Shown one piece after another: positions 59,736 through 64,000 of a stretch of 64,000 nt of DNA (position 1 is the first letter of the stretch; every line of letters begins with the position of its first letter). The notes under the pieces are model-generated. The model was not told the origin of the DNA. It made no database searches and was given only the letters and a program-made list of their open reading frames with translations. The stretch spans positions 10,369 to 74,368 of the forward strand of contig CAZQDP010000002.1 of assembly GCA_964592375.1 (NCBI GenBank). The letters run 5' to 3'. This DNA is from an uncultured Eubacteriales bacterium (lineage in GTDB: Bacteria > Bacillota > Clostridia > RUG12999). Made by a program: the position numbers and the translations under genes.

Positions 59736-60935
59736 ATGAAAAGAGCACGAACTCTATTGATGGTGCTTGCATTCGTTTTTTATGTATCCCCCGTTTTGGC
59801 GTATGATATAGGCCCCCGAATGATGGTGAATGATGCCGAGGTAAAGGTTGGCGCTAACTCCGTATGGATTGGTGAGGTGGCATATTATCCCGTGCGTCTT
59901 CTCTGTTGGGAAATAGGTGCCATGGTGCGATATGTGGCTGAAGAAAATATGGTGGAAATAAAAAAGGGCAATATCACCTTGCAATACTATCCCAATTTGG
60001 GTATTAGCAATACGGAGAAAAATGGAGAGAAAATTCAGGAAAATGTGTATACTGAGGTGCAAAATGGCAGGCTTTTTGTCCCTGTGGAGTATACAGCAAG
60101 AGCCCTTGGTTGCATTACTGCATATGATAGGGCAGAGAATATGCAAATCATTATTGATTTTGAAGCGCTTTGGAAGCGAGTAGAAAAAAAGAGCCCCATT
60201 TTATGGAGTCGTCTTTCTGGAACCATTCCATATGTGCAAAGCAATACTTTTGATTTTTCATATATTCAGTCCGTTATATTGGGGCAAGGGAATGATACTT
60301 CCTCCTTTGACCGCATGTCCTTTACATTAAAGGGCATTTGTGAAGGAAATAATGCAAATATGCATATGGAGCAAAAGTCATATGAGACTGACCGCACAGC
60401 GGATGCTTCGGTGGACCTTACACTCAAAGAGGGCCTTTTGCATCTTGAAGCAGATGGAAAAATCAAGACTGCTCCCCCCCCTACCGGGGTGATGCAGATG
60501 CTTGCTTCAGAAAAAAGTGCAAAGGATATCATCGATGCACTTCTGCAATACTATTTTGAACAGCATCCCCCCAAAAAGGCAGAAGGTTTGCTGATGGGCG
60601 ATGTATTTTCCAACTTCCAAGTCTTATACAAAGCGGTTGCGAAGGAATATGTAGGATCAAGCGGGTCTGTTGGCACATATGTAACCATTACAGCCAATCG
60701 GCTGGGCGAGGCATTGCAGCAGGGAGATTTTGAGATGAGCTCGAAACGATATTATTTTGAAAATATCATGTATAATCCGCTTGAAATCAAAGCAGATATT
60801 CTGCAATATCCCGACTCCAGAACCGATATCAATATGATCTTGGACACTACTTATAATATTCCCTCTAGTATTGAGGAGCAAACGATTATTGCAACGGACC
60901 GTACCTCTGTGAGCGTAAAGATAAGGCCTTCGTAG
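59736..60935 (+). CDS. Secreted hypothetical protein with an N-terminal copper-amine-oxidase-N-like stalk domain.
   Basis: Signal peptide MKRARTLLMVLAFVFYVSPVLA. Repeat halves AYYPVRLLCWEIGAMVRY and RLFVPVEYTARALGCITAY. The remaining roughly 280 aa are unrecognised. Confidence 0.6.
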   Translation: MKRARTLLMVLAFVFYVSPVLAYDIGPRMMVNDAEVKVGANSVWIGEVAYYPVRLLCWEIGAMVRYVAEENMVEIKKGNITLQYYPNLGISNTEKNGEKIQENVYTEVQNGRLFVPVEYTARALGCITAYDRAENMQIIIDFEALWKRVEKKSPILWSRLSGTIPYVQSNTFDFSYIQSVILGQGNDTSSFDRMSFTLKGICEGNNANMHMEQKSYETDRTADASVDLTLKEGLLHLEADGKIKTAPPPTGVMQMLASEKSAKDIIDALLQYYFEQHPPKKAEGLLMGDVFSNFQVLYKAVAKEYVGSSGSVGTYVTITANRLGEALQQGDFEMSSKRYYFENIMYNPLEIKADILQYPDSRTDINMILDTTYNIPSSIEEQTIIATDRTSVSVKIRPS

Positions 60936-61127
60936 ATATTCTTTGGCTTTTTTAGCAGGAAGCATTTTTGCACCGGTGGGCGAGGTTATATGCTTGCCCA
61001 TTTTGTTTTGTTTTTAAAAAAAGAGGGAAGCGACAAGGATTTTACACAAAAAAACAAATATTTATGTTGCAATTTTCCATGGAAAGTAGTATAATAATGA
61101 TTATTTTGCGAAAAAGGAATGTTTCAA

Positions 61128-62348
61128 ATGTCTACGCTTGATTATATCATGGAGCTTGATGAAAAATACTATATGAACACCTTTGGAAAGCGTACACCGG
61201 TATGCTTTGAATACGGCAAGGGGATTTACTTAGTTGATACAGAGGGCAGAGAATATATCGATTTCTTTTCCGGCATTGCGGTAAACGCTTTGGGGCACGC
61301 TCATCCATCTATGGTGCATGCCTTGCAGGATCAAGCCGCAAAGCTTTTGCATACATCCAATGTGTATTATATTAAGAACCAAGCGCCTTTGGTAGAAAAA
61401 ATCGTTCAAAGCTCCTGTGCAGATCGCGTGTTTATTTGCAGTACAGGTGCCGAGGCAAACGAAGGTGCATATAAGCTTGCAAAAATATATTTTTATAAAA
61501 AGGGCGAAAAAAACCGATATAAAATTATTTCACTGAATGGTTCCTTTCACGGGCGTACCTTGGCAAACGTTGCCGCAACGGGGCAGCCCAAATACCAAAA
61601 GCCCTATCATCCGCTGACGCCGGGATTTATGCAAGTTCCTATTAATGATATGCAGGCACTTATGCAGGCTGCCGATCAGGATACCGCGGCGATTATCTTG
61701 GAGGTAATACAAGGCGAGTGCGGAGTGCATCCGGCGGGGCAGACCTATCTTGAGCAGGTACGGCAGTTGTGTGATGAAAAAGGAATTCTACTGATCATCG
61801 ATGAGGTGCAAACCGGAATGGGCCGCACCGGCAAACTGTTTGGGTATGAACGATTTGGCATAGAGCCGGATATCTTTACACTCGCAAAGGCCCTCGGCGG
61901 TGGAATTCCCATCGGAGCCATCTGTGCAAAAGAGCATGTTGCGATGGCGTTTGAACCGGGGGATCACGGCACCACCTTTGGGGGCAATCCGCTTGCCTGC
62001 AGGGCCGCGCTTTGCGTGTTTGATATCTTTGAAAAAGAAGGCCTTGTACAAAATGCATATCAAATGGGCGAGTACTTAAAAGAAAAGCTTATTCAGCTGC
62101 AAAAGGTGCACGAAGCCATTGTCGATGTGCGTGTTTTCGGTCTGATGGCAGGCGTAGACTTTGATTTTGGCAAAGGCGCACTGGTGCAAAGTGCAATGCT
62201 GAAAAATGGCTATTTAACCGGATGTGTGGCAGGAACAACACTGCGCATTTTGCCGCCGCTTATCATCAATTCCCAGGATATTGACGGCTTTATTGCCACT
62301 TTAGATAAGGTAATTTCCCAAGAATTATGCACACCTGCATCGATTTAG
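61128..62348 (+). CDS. argD: Acetylornithine aminotransferase (class III PLP aminotransferase).
   Basis: GIAVNALGHAHP...DEVQTGMGRTGK...TFGGNPLAC. Confidence 0.9.
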   Translation: MSTLDYIMELDEKYYMNTFGKRTPVCFEYGKGIYLVDTEGREYIDFFSGIAVNALGHAHPSMVHALQDQAAKLLHTSNVYYIKNQAPLVEKIVQSSCADRVFICSTGAEANEGAYKLAKIYFYKKGEKNRYKIISLNGSFHGRTLANVAATGQPKYQKPYHPLTPGFMQVPINDMQALMQAADQDTAAIILEVIQGECGVHPAGQTYLEQVRQLCDEKGILLIIDEVQTGMGRTGKLFGYERFGIEPDIFTLAKALGGGIPIGAICAKEHVAMAFEPGDHGTTFGGNPLACRAALCVFDIFEKEGLVQNAYQMGEYLKEKLIQLQKVHEAIVDVRVFGLMAGVDFDFGKGALVQSAMLKNGYLTGCVAGTTLRILPPLIINSQDIDGFIATLDKVISQELCTPASI

Positions 62349-62379
62349 CACCAATATAGAAGAGAGGACATATACGGAC

Positions 62380-63300
62380 ATGAAAGATTTCATATCCCTA
62401 CAGGATATATCAACCAAGGAAATATTATCGCTTTTATCATTCGCGCAGGAGCTGAAGGCAGAACAAAAAGCAGGGCGCAAGAATAAAAGCTTAAAGGGCA
62501 AAACAATAGGACTCATTTTCACGAAATCCTCCACAAGAACTCGTGTTTCCTTCGAAACGGGCATTTTTCAAATGGGAGGCTATCCGCTTTTTTTAAGCTC
62601 TGCCGATATTCAGCTGGGCAGAGGAGAGAGCATTTACGATACAGCGAAAACACTTTCCCGTTATTTGGACGGCATTATGATTCGCACCTTTGCACATAGT
62701 GATGTGACGCTTCTGGCGGAGCATGCAAGCATTCCGGTCATCAACGGGCTGACGGATCTATTGCATCCATGCCAGGTGCTTGCCGATTTATTGACCATAC
62801 AGGAGCAAAAAGGGACCTTCAAAGGCCTAAAAATGTGCTACGCAGGCGATGGGAATAACATGGCAAATACATTGTTGCAAGGCTGTGCAAAGGTGGGAAT
62901 GGATCTATTCGTTGCAACGCCAAAAGGATATGAGCCGGATGCAAATATTGCCGGCATGGCCATGCAAACTGCAAAAGAGATGGGTAGCAAAATTGTTTTG
63001 ACGCAGGATTTGACCTCTGCAATGGAGCAGGCAGATGTGGTCTATACAGACACATGGGTCAGCATGGGGCAGGAAAACGAAAAACAGGAGCGGTTAGCCC
63101 AATTTAGTGGGTATCAAATAAATGGTGAGAACATGATGCTGGCAAAAAAAGATGCAATTTTTCTGCATTGCCTACCGGCATATAGGGGATATGAAGTGAC
63201 AGCGGATGTCATTGACGGCCCCAGGTCTGTCGTATTTGACGAAGCGGAAAACAGGCTACACGCGCAAAAAGCCATTATGGCGAAACTTTTAAAAGACTAA
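62380..63300 (+). CDS. argF: Ornithine carbamoyltransferase.
   Basis: STRTRVSFE carbamoyl-phosphate site and HCLPA ornithine site. Confidence 0.95.
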   Translation: MKDFISLQDISTKEILSLLSFAQELKAEQKAGRKNKSLKGKTIGLIFTKSSTRTRVSFETGIFQMGGYPLFLSSADIQLGRGESIYDTAKTLSRYLDGIMIRTFAHSDVTLLAEHASIPVINGLTDLLHPCQVLADLLTIQEQKGTFKGLKMCYAGDGNNMANTLLQGCAKVGMDLFVATPKGYEPDANIAGMAMQTAKEMGSKIVLTQDLTSAMEQADVVYTDTWVSMGQENEKQERLAQFSGYQINGENMMLAKKDAIFLHCLPAYRGYEVTADVIDGPRSVVFDEAENRLHAQKAIMAKLLKD

Positions 63301-63327
63301 GCAAAGTCGAAAGGAATGAAAGTAAAT

Positions 63328-63996
63328 ATGAAAAAAGGACTATTATGCCTCAGCCTTGTCGCCTGCCTCTGTGCAACGCTATTTGCAGGATGTACAGGCA
63401 CGGTAACAAACGAGAAAATCCGTGAACTGCTTCACAAGGGGAACACCATTCAAACGGTTTCCTACACATTTACCTACACGGACAGCACCTCCACAAACCC
63501 ATATACCGAACTGTTCTTCATCGACGGAGAAAAATACAAAAGAGAAATTACCGACCAACAGGGACAAAAGTTCTTTGTTATCGGAGATGGTACGGCTGAT
63601 GTCGTGTATTCCCCTGAACAGATGACGGGTACAAAGTATCCTTCAAACGGCCAGCGCTCTTTGCAGGGCGGCATTCCCGATATGGAAATCGACAAAAACA
63701 GCTTTACCTTTGTGAAAAAGGAAACCGTTGGTGATTTACGCTGCATAGCAGTAACGCTGGATAATATGACCGATGGCAGAACCATTACCTTATGGATTAG
63801 CGAAAAATATGGTTTGATTGTAAAGCAAGAAATGAAAAATGAAGGATCTACAGGCGTATTTGTGATATCCGGTGTTTCAACAAAGCCCATTGCTCCCGAG
63901 ACGTTTGTCGTACCGGCTGAGGTGGTTATTGAAGAGGACATGTCTAATATAACAGAAGAAGAAGCGCCACAGACCACTGAAAAACCTGCACAATAA
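63328..63996 (+). CDS. Hypothetical lipoprotein.
   Basis: Lipobox LFAGC after the signal MKKGLLCLSLVACLCA. The C-terminus is acidic. The track start at 63316 sits directly on the RBS. Confidence 0.55.
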   Translation: MKKGLLCLSLVACLCATLFAGCTGTVTNEKIRELLHKGNTIQTVSYTFTYTDSTSTNPYTELFFIDGEKYKREITDQQGQKFFVIGDGTADVVYSPEQMTGTKYPSNGQRSLQGGIPDMEIDKNSFTFVKKETVGDLRCIAVTLDNMTDGRTITLWISEKYGLIVKQEMKNEGSTGVFVISGVSTKPIAPETFVVPAEVVIEEDMSNITEEEAPQTTEKPAQ

Positions 63997-64000
63997 AGTC

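Noticed and set aside
1-64000. CRISPR arrays, tRNA/rRNA genes, IS elements, integrases and phage genes.
   Set aside because: A visual scan found no direct-repeat/spacer arrays, no tRNA T-arm GGTTCGAATCC-type sequences, and no transposase, integrase or phage-like ORFs.

Overview
This 64 kb window is a chromosomal segment from a spore-forming, low-GC Gram-positive anaerobe (Clostridia). Its THF riboswitch closely resembles the published Eubacterium siraeum aptamer, so Oscillospiraceae/Ruminococcaceae is a reasonable guess (from memory, not a search). Most genes are recognisable housekeeping genes:
- sporulation: spoVAC/spoVAD with an alpha/beta-type SASP gene
- RNA metabolism: two tandem DEAD-box helicases
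- folate: THF riboswitch, folT, folC
- the yhbY-nadD-yqeK-rsfS-leuS operon
- leucine biosynthesis: long-form leuA behind a T-box
- iron uptake: feoA, feoB and a Cys-rich microprotein
- nitrogen assimilation: gltB and gltD
- hsp20 and mutY
- amino-sugar and cell-wall precursors: glmM-glmS, and hprK, a PHP phosphatase, glcK, murB, rapZ and whiA
- arginine biosynthesis: argD and argF

Between these lie accessory loci for secreted carbohydrate-active or surface proteins:
- a 1228-aa beta-helix protein
- a 1616-aa glycosidase-like giant, co-oriented after a GH1 beta-glucosidase, a membrane protein and a CE4 deacetylase, and divergent from a pdaA-like deacetylase
- a GH29 fucosidase
- a second GH1
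- a GH26-like protein
- a 403-aa secreted protein

The two giants share a roughly 180-aa jellyroll-like domain of unknown function (three copies in total) that I cannot assign to a named family. This is the most likely candidate for something undescribed. Three proteins carry copper-amine-oxidase-N-like stalk repeats. No rRNA, tRNA, CRISPR, IS element or prophage was recognised. All calls come from reading translations and motifs by eye; no database was searched.
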